From positions 19,932 through 83,931 of the IMG/VR virus record IMGVR_UViG_3300026484_000333: 64,000 bases of DNA; one strand, given 5' to 3'. Shown here piece after piece: positions 47,837-58,345 of the stretch. Numbering within the stretch: position 1 is the stretch's first letter; every line of letters starts with the position of its first letter. This stretch comes from a virus. The notes below the pieces were generated by a model. That model had not been told where the DNA came from, did not search any database, and saw nothing but the letters and a program-made list of their open reading frames with translations. The translations under genes and the position numbers were made by a program.

Positions 47837-48158
47837 TGCTCCTTATTTCAAGATAATCTTCAAATTTTTTGAATTTTTTATACAACTCTTTTTCAATATA
47901 TTCTTGATGTAACTTTTTAATGTTTTTCAAAATAAATTTAACAAAATTGTAAAATTTATCTGCTTTATCCTCTTTTTCCCAATTATACAAATAGACACTA
48001 AAATTGCCTCTATTAAGATAAAAAAATGTAACTACAATTGTAGGATTCTTTTTACTATCCCAGCTTATATTAACCCATATCTCTCCAATTAAATCTGCCT
48101 TCATAATTTGTTTATTTATTTTATTTACTAATTTAATCATTTTTTCTCTACTAATCAT
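47820..48158 (-). CDS. Hypothetical protein
   Basis: ORF in operon. Confidence 0.65.
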   Translation of the reverse strand: MISREKMIKLVNKINKQIMKADLIGEIWVNISWDSKKNPTIVVTFFYLNRGNFSVYLYNWEKEDKADKFYNFVKFILKNIKKLHQEYIEKELYKKFKKFEDYLEIRSSENVD

Positions 48159-48406
48159 CTTATTACCTCCTCATCGGGAATTAAAGCTTTGACTTTACCA
48201 TTTAAAATCCACCAAATTTTTTTCCATAAAGGTAGTTTGATGATATACCATTCTTTATCATCCATTGAGTATTCAGGAATTCTGTTTTTATTTGTAGTCC
48301 ATTGGAAACCCATCAGTTTAAAAACAATAGGTTTTGTTTTGCCTCTGGGGTTTCTAAAAGCATAACCTTTTTCTAAAAGATATTTTTGTGCTTTTCTTAT
48401 TGTCAT
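48155..48406 (-). CDS. Hypothetical protein
   Basis: GGAGG RBS. Confidence 0.65.
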   Translation of the reverse strand: MTIRKAQKYLLEKGYAFRNPRGKTKPIVFKLMGFQWTTNKNRIPEYSMDDKEWYIIKLPLWKKIWWILNGKVKALIPDEEVIR

Positions 48407-48417
48407 TTTTTCCTCCT

Positions 48418-48732
48418 TTATTTACAATCATAATATGAAATGCCACATCTAATTGAATAACCCTCTTCACCAATTTCCTTATAAGTAAAAAGTCTGCCAA
48501 AATTTACAACATTTTTCTCTTCTTTTAGTAAATAACAAATCTGGCGGGTCAATTCTTTTAAAACATTTTCATAATTTATTTCCTCAAAAGCCCAAAACCA
48601 TCCGTGTTCTTGGGCTAACTCTATAAAATCTTGTATTAGACAACCAAATTCTTTTTTAACTTTTTTTCTTATTTTTTTGTTCAATACATCTTTTTTAACC
48701 CATTTTTTAACTTTTTCTTTTTTTAAATACAT
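48418..48732 (-). CDS. Hypothetical protein
   Basis: Start revised to ATG 48732 after AAAGGAGAGAAAA. Confidence 0.65.
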   Translation of the reverse strand: MYLKKEKVKKWVKKDVLNKKIRKKVKKEFGCLIQDFIELAQEHGWFWAFEEINYENVLKELTRQICYLLKEEKNVVNFGRLFTYKEIGEEGYSIRCGISYYDCK

Positions 48733-48786
48733 TTTTCTCTCCTTTGTTTTAAAATTTTCCACCATAATAATCAATAACTAAATTAA

Positions 48787-49038
48787 TCATTCGTAACACC
48801 CTTCTTTAATATCATCTAGTTTACTTTCCATTCGAGAATAAACCTCTGGGTAAACCAATTTGTTAATTTCATTTGTTAATAAATTTATAAGGACAGACTT
48901 TTCTAAATAATCTAGCCCTTTGTTTTCTTCTTTGGTATTTCCCATTTCACGTATTACTTTATGCCTTGCTTTTTTTAACCTATTCAATTTGTTAAGTTGT
49001 CCGCCATTTAAATATGCATAAAAGTTTTTTCTTTCCAT
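48787..49038 (-). CDS. Hypothetical protein
   Basis: Sigma70 promoter at 49072-49100 and AAGGAG RBS; starts MERKNF. Confidence 0.65.
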   Translation of the reverse strand: MERKNFYAYLNGGQLNKLNRLKKARHKVIREMGNTKEENKGLDYLEKSVLINLLTNEINKLVYPEVYSRMESKLDDIKEGCYE

Positions 49039-49111
49039 TTTTTTTTCTCCTTTGTTTTTATTTGTATTCAAATTATAAAAAATTTTTTATAAAATGTCAA
49101 GAAAAAATAAA

Positions 49112-49999
49112 TTATTTATAAAGAATTTGAAGAAAATCATTAAAATCTTTCTGCCCACTATTATAGAACTCTCTTATAAGAGGGTTTTTGGAGCTAATTG
49201 CAAGTTTTAAATTAAACCATTTTTTCAAATCAGATTGATAGAATTTTTTAATTGCTTCTTGTCCTCTTTTGTCATTATCAAGCATAATATAAATTGTATC
49301 TATGCCTTTTTTCAAAAGATAACTGATTTTATAAGAATTAAAATTAACTGCCAGACCGAAGTTTGCAATAGCTTGAATGTTTAATTGATAGAGGCTTAAA
49401 GCATCCATAATACCTTCAACAAGATAAATTTCATTTTGATTTAAGTCAATTTTAGGGTAAATTAAACTTTTTAAATCCAAACCTTTTGCATAAAGATATT
49501 TTGGCTCTAAATTTTTATCATAAGCTCTTGTGTTATAACCTATACAAATATTTTCATTATTATAAAAAGGAAAAATAACCCTGTCTTTATATAGACCTCT
49601 TCTACAAATATAAAGGTCATATTTTTTAATTGTTTGGAAATTTAACCCTCGCCATCTTTCTGGTAATTCTTCGTCTCTTGGAGGTAGAATAAAATTTTTT
49701 GTAATTGTTTGTTCTTGGTTTGTTAATTGTTGTAAAAGATTGTTGTATTTAGTTTGCTGTTGGATTTCATAAAGTTCTTCGTCAGAGAAATTAATATTAT
49801 CTAACCAAAAGTTTTTATTAACCTTATAACCGCAACCAAAACACTCACCAAAACCCGTTTCAAAATTAATCCACATACTTTCGTGTTTATCGTCGTGTTC
49901 TGGATTTAAGCAATTAACAAGAAAAAAACTATCCCCTGTTTGTTTATAATTAACGCCCAATTGTTTAAGTTTATCAATTATTAATAATCTTAAATTCAT
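49112..49999 (-). CDS. DNA primase (Zn finger + TOPRIM)
   Basis: CLNPEH...CFGC, RVIFP, PKY, YLVEGIMDALS, MLDND..GQ and KDFND motifs. Confidence 0.95.
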   Translation of the reverse strand: MNLRLLIIDKLKQLGVNYKQTGDSFFLVNCLNPEHDDKHESMWINFETGFGECFGCGYKVNKNFWLDNINFSDEELYEIQQQTKYNNLLQQLTNQEQTITKNFILPPRDEELPERWRGLNFQTIKKYDLYICRRGLYKDRVIFPFYNNENICIGYNTRAYDKNLEPKYLYAKGLDLKSLIYPKIDLNQNEIYLVEGIMDALSLYQLNIQAIANFGLAVNFNSYKISYLLKKGIDTIYIMLDNDKRGQEAIKKFYQSDLKKWFNLKLAISSKNPLIREFYNSGQKDFNDFLQILYK

Positions 50000-50498
50000 T
50001 GTTAAATCTTTCGATTATTTCTGGCGTATTTTCTTTTCTTAATTGAATATCAAATATTTCCAAATTAATTGTTTGGGTATCCAAAAAGACCTTATAATAA
50101 TTAAATTTTTTTTGAATGTCTTTATCTTTTAAGAGGAAATGTACTTTTTTATAAGTATCTTTTAGCATAGGCTTGACATTATATATAGTATCAAACCAAA
50201 AATAATAAAGAATATATTTAATAATATGCTGTCCTATTTTTTTAAATTTTGATTGTTTATTACCTGTAGCCTCATAAATAAAAACCAAATTCCCCTTTGC
50301 CAAATGTAATAACATATCATCTGGCACATTTAATAAAAATTTTTTATACGCTTTTTGCTCTAATAAAGAAGATTGTAGTCTACAAAAAGAAATATTAGAA
50401 ATTGGATTTATAAAAATATGTCTATGCTGAAAAGCCTCTAACCCTGCTGTTAAATTAACATACTCTTTTACTATCATTTCTTTTACCCTTCTTTTCAA
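49974..50498 (-). CDS. Hypothetical protein
   Basis: ORF track; YVNLTAGLE...RLQSS. Confidence 0.65.
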   Translation of the reverse strand: MKRRVKEMIVKEYVNLTAGLEAFQHRHIFINPISNISFCRLQSSLLEQKAYKKFLLNVPDDMLLHLAKGNLVFIYEATGNKQSKFKKIGQHIIKYILYYFWFDTIYNVKPMLKDTYKKVHFLLKDKDIQKKFNYYKVFLDTQTINLEIFDIQLRKENTPEIIERFNNEFKIINN

Positions 50499-50961
50499 TT
50501 ATAATTTTATCTAATTGTTTTATACTTTCGTGAAAGGATAAATTATTTCCAAAATAGCCTTCTGCAAAAGTAATATTTTTAATTGAACTTAAATTTAATT
50601 TATCATAAGGCTGGTAAATAACCACAAATTCATCTCCTCCTATTCTAAAAATCCTACCACTAACATTTTGTTCTTTCATTAAATTTTTAATTTGCTTAAC
50701 AACATTAATTATAAATTCATCTCCTGCTTCATAACCTTGTTCTCTATTTAACAAATGTAAATTATCCAAATCAATCAAAATTAAATTATAAAACCATTTA
50801 TTTTTAATCTTAATTTGCTCTTTATATTCTGTTTTTAAAAGTTCGTCAAGATAATGTCTGTTATAAACCTGTGTTAAATAGTCTTTTTTAAGGCTTTCAA
50901 TTTCCTTTTTTAAATCAGAAATTATTTCCTCTAAAAGCTCTACTTTCTCTTCGCAAGTCAT
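50455..50961 (-). CDS. GGDEF-domain protein (diguanylate cyclase-like)
   Basis: Coiled coil, DYLTQVYNR, IDLDNL..LN..GY.AGD and FRIGGDEF motifs. Confidence 0.9.
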   Translation of the reverse strand: MTCEEKVELLEEIISDLKKEIESLKKDYLTQVYNRHYLDELLKTEYKEQIKIKNKWFYNLILIDLDNLHLLNREQGYEAGDEFIINVVKQIKNLMKEQNVSGRIFRIGGDEFVVIYQPYDKLNLSSIKNITFAEGYFGNNLSFHESIKQLDKIIIEKKGKRNDSKRVC

Positions 50962-50962
50962 T

Positions 50963-51259
50963 TTAATCCCCTATTAATTGTAAATGTAGATTGTTTTTCG
51001 CCAAAAGCCCTTTTCTTTTTGCCTTAAAAGTAAAAAATCCTTCAATTTTATTAAACAAGAGATTATATAAACCATTTATATTTGAATTTATCCCAGCTTT
51101 TTCAATATATTTATCAATTGTATAAAAAATATCTTCTGCTTTATTTTCAATTCCTTCTTCTGTATTTCCTTTTACTTTTAAATATACCTCAAAAACTTCG
51201 GTATCTTTATTAATAAAAGAAACAGGAATTTTAAATTCCCTGTAAATTGTTTTAATCAT
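50963..51259 (-). CDS. Hypothetical protein
   Basis: ORF in operon. Confidence 0.6.
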   Translation of the reverse strand: MIKTIYREFKIPVSFINKDTEVFEVYLKVKGNTEEGIENKAEDIFYTIDKYIEKAGINSNINGLYNLLFNKIEGFFTFKAKRKGLLAKNNLHLQLIGD

Positions 51260-51935
51260 TTTTATATCCTTTATCTAAATTTATTTTGCAGTTTTTATAG
51301 TCAGCTTTTACCCATTTAGTTTTTGCTTCAGGGGAAGTATCTTTTTGAAATTTACCATCTACTATTTTACCTTTTCTACTGTCGATTTCCTTCCAAGTCT
51401 CATATAGAGTACATTTAGGGTCATAACCAAGTTTCATTAACATTCCTATACAAAACACCATAATATCATTAATACCATCAACAATTTTTTCTTCACTAAT
51501 TCCAACGTAATCATCAAATTTTTTCTTTTCTTTTTCTGGTAAATTTAGCATAAAAAAATCCTCAACCCATTTTTTTAGAGCAGGGCGTCTTTCTTTTGTA
51601 ATTTTATAACCAACAATCTCAAACATTTCTTCAATTATATTTGTAAATTCGTTTGTCATATTAAATTCCTGCTGGTTTAACAATCTTTCTTTTTGCCATT
51701 TTTCAATTTTATTTATTACATTGTTTGGAATATCATCAATATAAAATAATGTTTGATTACAAGCATAATCATAATGTCTTGTAATTCCAGCAAAATTAAA
51801 ATCTTCTATATGCCTTGTATCATCAAATTCTACACTAAAAAATTCGTATTCTTTTTCAATATCAATAACAATCCCATAACCATATCTACAATCCCAAACT
51901 CTATCATTTAACTTCACATTTTCAAAATAATTCAT
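51252..51935 (-). CDS. MazG/all-alpha NTP pyrophosphatase-like protein with SH3-like N-terminus
   Basis: IIEEMFE...IVDGINDIMVF...EIDSRKGKIVDGKFQKD. Confidence 0.75.
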   Translation of the reverse strand: MNYFENVKLNDRVWDCRYGYGIVIDIEKEYEFFSVEFDDTRHIEDFNFAGITRHYDYACNQTLFYIDDIPNNVINKIEKWQKERLLNQQEFNMTNEFTNIIEEMFEIVGYKITKERRPALKKWVEDFFMLNLPEKEKKKFDDYVGISEEKIVDGINDIMVFCIGMLMKLGYDPKCTLYETWKEIDSRKGKIVDGKFQKDTSPEAKTKWVKADYKNCKINLDKGYKND

Positions 51936-52183
51936 TTTAATTCTCCTTTTTGCTTTAGATATATTTTAATTTTTTGATGTTTTTCTTTAATTTGTTTGTC
52001 TTCTTGTTCGGTATAGCACTTTTTAGCTCCGCCTTTAAATGCAATACAAAAACCAATTCCCAAATCTTTATATTTAATACTGCCGTTTTCGTTCCAACCA
52101 AAAGGAATTGAAAAAGGATGTAAATCCTCAATAAAACTAATTTCATCCAAATAAATTAAATCTTTTCCTATTTGTATTGTCAT
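51932..52183 (-). CDS. Hypothetical protein
   Basis: ORF in operon. Confidence 0.6.
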   Translation of the reverse strand: MTIQIGKDLIYLDEISFIEDLHPFSIPFGWNENGSIKYKDLGIGFCIAFKGGAKKCYTEQEDKQIKEKHQKIKIYLKQKGELK

Positions 52184-52185
52184 TT

Positions 52186-52401
52186 TTATTTCCTTTCTAT
52201 CGCTTTTATTATTTTATCAGCCAACTCATCAGAAAATTGTTCACTAATTTCCCAATTCATCATTTTTCTATAACAATCTTCACAAGGGTCTGAATTAAAA
52301 TCTTCTTGTGTATAATCATAATTTTCATCAGCAAATCTACAATTAGTACAATAAATATAACTTAACTCCTCAAATATAATTTTACTTATTATTTTCTTCA
52401 T
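52186..52401 (-). CDS. Small Cys-rich protein
   Basis: CTNC...CEDC. Confidence 0.65.
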   Translation of the reverse strand: MKKIISKIIFEELSYIYCTNCRFADENYDYTQEDFNSDPCEDCYRKMMNWEISEQFSDELADKIIKAIERK

Positions 52402-52412
52402 TTTCCTCTCCT

Positions 52413-52679
52413 TTATGCTCTAAAATCTAATTTTAAATCAAAATCTTTTAATTTTAGCTCTTTTTCCCATAATTTACCGTTTAATCTTTTATTTTCTGCT
52501 TTTTCTTGTTCATAAAGTTCTTTATAATAATTAATTTTATTTTCAAGCTCATTAACATACTCTTGTAATACACGTAAGTGAAAAAACCTGATAGATAATT
52601 TATCATTATCAGTAACTTCAAGTTTCCATCTTTTAATTGCATCAATAGTAGGTTGAACAATTTGTTTTTTGTTTTTCAT
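52413..52679 (-). CDS. Hypothetical coiled-coil protein
   Basis: Sigma70 promoter at 52710-52738; AAAGGAGAGAAAA RBS. Confidence 0.7.
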   Translation of the reverse strand: MKNKKQIVQPTIDAIKRWKLEVTDNDKLSIRFFHLRVLQEYVNELENKINYYKELYEQEKAENKRLNGKLWEKELKLKDFDLKLDFRA

Positions 52680-52724
52680 TTTTCTCTCCTTTATTTTTAT
52701 TGTATAGAAATTATAAAAAATTTT

Positions 52725-53619
52725 TTATGATTTGTCAAGCTCTTTTAGATGTTTTTCAATTTCTTTTTCATCAATATTATTTGGTAAGGTTATATTTTCT
52801 TTGTAATTATAACCCAAATCAAGCTCTGCTTCTAATTTTACAATAGGCTCTTCATATAAACCATTATTATAATTTCCTATCATACATTTAATTAAATTAT
52901 CATTTACAAATTTAATTATTTTCGGGTTTAATTTTATATATAATAATATGCTATCGTGGATTGTATTAACAATTTTCACTTCATCAATTAATCCAGCTTC
53001 TTCAATTTTCTTTTGAAAACAAACTATCGCATAAAGCGTTAAAATATTCCCACTTTGAATGTTAAAGTTAGTCGCTACCCTTTGTGCTTTTTCTTTTATT
53101 TGACTGCTCCAGCTTTTAATATCCGGTATTAACAGTCTTAATCCTGAATACCTTGAAACTAAATAACCTTGTTTTTCTGTTTGTTTAATGATACTATCTT
53201 GATATTCTTTTGTAACTTTATATAAAGTCCAATAAGCCTCATATATTTCTTTTCCTACTAAATGCTCACTTGCACCATAACTCATACCAAAAGTATAAGG
53301 CTTTCCTTTTTGTCTAATTTCAGGATATTTTTTCTTAATAGAGTTTATTACATTAATTCTATATGTTTCTCTATCAATTTCCTTTTTATTTTTATAATTA
53401 TCTGGTAACAGACTTTCACTAAAATAATCAACTTCTTCATTTTCTAATTCAACCTCATAAAATTTTGTATCAATTTTAAGTTTTTCTATTTTTTCTTTAA
53501 TATCAAGCATTTCATCAGAAAAATAGTAAAAGGCGTTCTGACAATGACCATCCACACCTTTTAAAAATACATCTAATTTGGCGGGGTCTTTACTTGCGTT
53601 TGCTATTAATCTATCTTCG
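52725..53619 (-). CDS. polA: Family A DNA polymerase, exon 2
   Basis: EDRLIAN, motif B RQKGKPYTFGMSYG, NFNIQS and motif C TIHDSI. Confidence 0.93.
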
Positions 53620-53908
53620 CTTACCGTTACGCAGGACGCCACTCCTGCTCCACCCTTTCGGGTGGTGTCGGACTATATCATCTCCCACAGCATTACCTGT
53701 TTGGGAGGCGGGTGTTTCGACAGGTCAGTCGCTTACCTGCCTACTCTACTCGGTGGCTTTTTAAACCCCTTTCGATAGTCTCTGCACCTTCCTATTCTGT
53801 TAAAGAATAGGCTTGGCTCAGGATTGCCCTCAGCATTACCTGTTAGGGTTTCCCTGAATTAACCCGCTTTTCTATCAGAGTTTCCTCTGATAGCCCCCCA
53901 TTCTGTTA
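53620..53908 (-). mobile_element. Group I self-splicing intron (289 nt, IC3-like core, no endonuclease ORF) in polA motif A
   Basis: Core elements P AAUUCAGGGAAA, Q AAUCCUGAGC, R GUGCAGAGACUA and S GAUAUAGUCC. Exon GCCCU pairs with IGS GGGGC (U-G at the splice site). Terminal G at 53620; splicing restores DYSA-L-EDR. Confidence 0.93.
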
Positions 53909-55701
53909 AGGGCAGAATAATCACTTGCACCAAGTAAAAACCCATCAGGTGCTATAAATAATTTTTTAATTTCTTTTCCATACTTACTACCACTTGGTAT
54001 TGTTTGCATATTAATAACCCCGCTACTACTTAATCTACCACTAATTGTTCCGCTTTGATTAAAGTTGGCAAAAATTCTATAATCATTTGGTGTAACTTCA
54101 ACACACCCCTCAATCATATTTTTTAAATAAGCGGTTTTTATTTTTTCACTTGCTTGATATTCACTTATTAAGTTTAATACTTCTAATTTTTCCTCATCTG
54201 TAATTGTTTTTTTCCATTCTTCTAAAACATCATTACCTGTTGAAGGCTCTCCAGCTTTTGTAGTTTCAATAACAGGCAAATCCATAATTTCAAAAAATAG
54301 TATTTTCTTTTGTTGACTACTGCTTGGATTGAACGGTTTTAAAAATTCCTCCCAATTTTCCTTTTTATTTTTATGTGTTTTATTATATTTTTCTTTTGCC
54401 TGTAATGCTATAACTTTTTCAGTAGCTTTGATATAAACATTTTCTCTTAATTTTGCCAAATCTCTTTCAACTATTTCCTCCATTTCTTTATAGAATTCTT
54501 TAGTTCGCTCTAAATCAATTCTCATACCATTCATTTTCATTTTATTTAAAGCAAAGCCAATATCTCTAAACTTCTTATAAGTTTCTATAAAACCTTCTTG
54601 CTTTAACTCTTTCCATAAATCTTTAAAAATTTTGTAGTTTGCCACAACGTCAATATTGTTATATGTGGCAACTTTTTCAAAATCATACTCAATCAGTTTG
54701 CTTTGGTCAATTTCTTTATCCCAATCTCCAAAATATTTAAAAGCCAACTGTTTTAAACTCAAACTTTTTCTTTCAGTGGAATTATAAAGCAAATAAGCCA
54801 TTAATAAAGTATCATCTATTTTAAATTGATTTATTAAAGGCTCTTGATTTATTTGAAAGCTAAAATCTCTCATAATTTCGTGGACTAAAAAAGTTAAGTC
54901 AAAGCCTAAAAAATTATGCCCTATAATTACGCCTTCATAATTTTCAAAAAACTCTTTTAAGTACTGTTTAATCAATTGATAATTTTCTTCATTATGATAT
55001 TGAGGATGTATAGCTATACAAGCGGGGTTTTTATCATCTTTTGTAAAACTAATTGTAAGAAGTCGGTTTTTATACCACTCAAGCCCTGTTGTTTCAATAT
55101 CACACACTACAGCTTTTGCTTTTAATAATTCTTCTAAATATTGTTTTATTTCATCCGGTTGTTTTAAAAAAGAATGATTAATTTCAATATTTTCAAATTT
55201 ATCTTTATATTCACCCTTTTCAAAGGCTTTATAAGCCTCAAAACTTAATTGCAGTTCTCTTGCTCTGTTAGGATATTTTTCAACAATAATAGGATTTAAA
55301 AAAGGTACAACATTTATTTGGGATAGGTCAAAAATTTCTTTATTTTTTCCACTCCCAAATGTAAATTCAGCACCTTTAATAACTCTACCAAAATTATTAC
55401 TAAAGTTTTTATCTTTTGCAATTTCCTGATAAGTATCTGAATGCCCTATTAACCATACATCTATGCCCATAATTTGTGAATACTCAAAAACCTCTTCTAT
55501 AACTTCTTTTAAAACTGCTTTTTTAATTCTGCCTTTTTTAGGTACAGGTATTGATACAAAAGCAAAATCTTTTACATCCAAATTAAAAGGTTGTAAAAGC
55601 TGTTTATGTAAAAAACCATAATTTTCTTTAAAGCAGATATTATCTGGTAACCAGATAATTGCTTTTGGGTTTGCATTGTTGTAAGTAAATAAATAGTTCA
55701 T
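53909..55701 (-). CDS. polA: Family A DNA polymerase, exon 1 (N-terminal domain, 3'-5' exonuclease, start of polymerase domain)
   Basis: CDIETTGL, GHNFLGFDL, FNPSS, TISGRLSS..NMQTIP and ASDYSAL motifs. Confidence 0.95.
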
Positions 55702-55702
55702 T

Positions 55703-56152
55703 TTAATCTCCTTTTATATTAATTTCAATAATTATTTTATTATTATTTTCTTTATTTATGTTTATTGAGTAATTTTTATTTTCTTCATAATTTTTATAAG
55801 GTTTTAATAAACAATCCATAGAAATAAACAAATCGTTTAATTCATAAACACAACCATCATCTGCAGTAAATAAAATACTACTAAAATTGGCATCTTGTGG
55901 AGGTCTATTATCAAAACTAATACTTTTTATTTTAAGAGGGCTTTTTCTTTTATCAAAATAAAATTTGCAACCAGTCAATTTATTAAGTTCTTCCCATTTT
56001 GAAAATTCAATTATAAAAAAGTTTTCTGGTAAAGGCTTTTTTAAAAAAAGCCATCTATCTAAATTATAGACTTTTAAGTCTTTTAGATTAATTAGTAACC
56101 TCATTCTTTTTCTTTCTCGATAAAGAGGGTCATTTTCTGTAAAAATTCTCAT
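55703..56152 (-). CDS. Hypothetical protein
   Basis: AAAGGAGAGAAAA RBS; TTGCTT-N17-TATAAT promoter upstream. Confidence 0.7.
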   Translation of the reverse strand: MRIFTENDPLYRERKRMRLLINLKDLKVYNLDRWLFLKKPLPENFFIIEFSKWEELNKLTGCKFYFDKRKSPLKIKSISFDNRPPQDANFSSILFTADDGCVYELNDLFISMDCLLKPYKNYEENKNYSININKENNNKIIIEINIKGD

Positions 56153-56220
56153 TTTTCTCTCCTTTGGTTTAATTTTACAGTAGTATTATAAAGAATTTTT
56201 TATAAAAAAGCAAGAGAAAA

Positions 56221-57576
56221 TCAGAAAGATTTAAAAGAATTTATCCATTTTTGGTAAGAAATATATAAGATAATATCTTTGTGGGAGATTCTTAATTTTT
56301 GAGACCATTCTTTTTGTAGCCTACAGCGTCTTTCTCCTTTTTCTAAAAAACAAAATGTAAAAAACAAAGGCTCTTTTTTGTTTTTATGTTCTCTTCTTAA
56401 CCTACCTATTGTTTGTTCATAGGTTTCTTTTGTATGTGTTGCCAAATTGATAATAGTATCCATTCTATAAATACTAACACCTTTTTGTAAAATAGTACCA
56501 CCAATTAATACTCTTAATTTCTCGTTTTCAAAATCTTCCAAATATTTTTTCCTTTCTTTGCTTGTAGTAGCCTGATTAATGATTTCAGCTCTTATACCTT
56601 TTTTAGCCAACAGATTTTTTAAATTTTCCTGGTTTTCATTATAAGTAGAATATAAAAATACACTCCTACCTTTTTTTAACAAAAATTCAACAAAATTGAC
56701 AACATCATCAAGTAAAAGTTTTGAATTATAAAGTCTTTGCCAAGCTTTTTGAGCCTCATATTTTCCGCTATAAAAAATAGGTAAAGAATGTTGAATTATT
56801 ATATGTTTAACAGGTTTAATATCAGGATTACCTCCTACAACCAAATTACTAAAATGGTCATAAATAGCCTCTGTAAGTCCGTCTGAACGTGTCGGTGTAG
56901 CACTCAATCCTAATCTGTATTTAGCATTAAAAGAAAGCATTGTTTTTGTTAAAGCTCCCACTGAAACTAAATGGCACTCATCAACTATAATAAAACCTAC
57001 TTCTCTATTTAGTCTATTAACCACGTCTTTATTTAGATTTAAAAATTGAAGTGTAGAAATATAAATATCCCCATCTTTAAATTTATTTTTAGAGTTTAAT
57101 AAAACAACTTTAGCATTAGAATTTTGTGTAAATTCTTTATAGGTTTGTTCTAATAAAGATGTTTTATCAACTAAAAATAAAGTCCTAATACCTAATTGCT
57201 TTATCAAATAAATTGAACTATAAGTTTTACCAGACCCGGCAGGTGCTTGATAAACACAAGCATTTTCAGGCGTATTTTTAAATTTGTCTAAAATTTTTTT
57301 AGTATCAGTTTTTTGGTATTCCCGCAAATTAAAATTAATTAAATCAAAATTTGTTTTTATACCAAGATTTCTTTTATAAGTTAATTTAAAATTTTCTGTT
57401 TTTAAACTTCTAATTAATTTTTCATAATTCCTTGGCAAAATTATTCCGTCTTTAACAGGAATTATAGTAGAAACCTGCTCTTCTTTTCTTTTATCATAAT
57501 AAATGTAATTTTTTATTTTTACATTTTTTACAAACTCTTTTATTATTTTATAACCAGAGCCTACTATAATTTCCAT
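56221..57576 (-). CDS. SF2 DNA helicase
   Basis: LREYQ, APAGSGKT, IVDECH, GLSATP and QTIGRLRR motifs. Confidence 0.95.
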   Translation of the reverse strand: MEIIVGSGYKIIKEFVKNVKIKNYIYYDKRKEEQVSTIIPVKDGIILPRNYEKLIRSLKTENFKLTYKRNLGIKTNFDLINFNLREYQKTDTKKILDKFKNTPENACVYQAPAGSGKTYSSIYLIKQLGIRTLFLVDKTSLLEQTYKEFTQNSNAKVVLLNSKNKFKDGDIYISTLQFLNLNKDVVNRLNREVGFIIVDECHLVSVGALTKTMLSFNAKYRLGLSATPTRSDGLTEAIYDHFSNLVVGGNPDIKPVKHIIIQHSLPIFYSGKYEAQKAWQRLYNSKLLLDDVVNFVEFLLKKGRSVFLYSTYNENQENLKNLLAKKGIRAEIINQATTSKERKKYLEDFENEKLRVLIGGTILQKGVSIYRMDTIINLATHTKETYEQTIGRLRREHKNKKEPLFFTFCFLEKGERRCRLQKEWSQKLRISHKDIILYISYQKWINSFKSF

Positions 57577-57578
57577 AA

Positions 57579-57857
57579 CTAAACCATTTCAAAAAATTTG
57601 CTTAATTTATTATATAAAACAGCTCCTATTCTATAATTACCGTTCCCCAAATTTTCAATATATTTCTCAAACCTTTTTAAAACATATAAAATTCTCTGTT
57701 TGCTATCTCCTGTTTCTTTGGCAATTTCTTTTAAAGAAAATTTACCTTTTTCTCTTTGACTTTTTGCACCTAATAATAAATATAACAAACCTCTTGCTGA
57801 AACAGTATTAAGTTCGTCTTTTGAAATTTCATCCAATCTTTGTAGTAATAATTTCAT
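57579..57857 (-). CDS. Winged-HTH DNA-binding protein
   Basis: FSLKEIAKETGDSKQRILYVLKR. Confidence 0.65.
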   Translation of the reverse strand: MKLLLQRLDEISKDELNTVSARGLLYLLLGAKSQREKGKFSLKEIAKETGDSKQRILYVLKRFEKYIENLGNGNYRIGAVLYNKLSKFFEMV

Positions 57858-57886
57858 TTTTCTCTCCTTATAAAAAATTTTTTAAA

Positions 57887-58345
57887 TTATAACATATTTT
57901 TTAAATTAAATCCATATGTTCTTTCAAGTTCACTACTTGAAACACCACTTAAAATAAGTTTTTTATTAACTTTTAAGACCCTTGAATATAAACTTTTTAA
58001 AATTTGTCCGCTATATGCTTTATTATTTGCAAGTTCTGTGCCGATATTATAAACAACATTATACTCTTTTAGATTTAACTCATTAATATTGATTTCGTTG
58101 TTTATAATATTTGATTGTAGCTCTGAAAAGTCAAAACCTTGCACTTTACCATAAAAATTTTCTAATAAATATTTAACAACTTTTTCTATACCTTGATTTA
58201 AAACTAAAAGATTGTTTTTAAATTTTAATTTATTTTCTATTTTCACTAAATCAACTTCTGTTAGTTGAACTTTTGCCCAATTTTTCGGGAAACCATAATA
58301 AAAATAGACAAGTTCAGTTTTTCTATTCATACCTATGCCTTTCAA
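57887..58345 (-). CDS. Hypothetical protein
   Basis: ORF in replication operon. Confidence 0.6.
   Translation of the reverse strand: MKGIGMNRKTELVYFYYGFPKNWAKVQLTEVDLVKIENKLKFKNNLLVLNQGIEKVVKYLLENFYGKVQGFDFSELQSNIINNEININELNLKEYNVVYNIGTELANNKAYSGQILKSLYSRVLKVNKKLILSGVSSSELERTYGFNLKNML

Noticed and set aside
53578-53778. ORF-track starts at 53642 (MASCVTVS) and plus-strand ORF 53578-53778
   Set aside because: Both lie in the group I intron or antisense to it; the true exon 2 begins at 53619.
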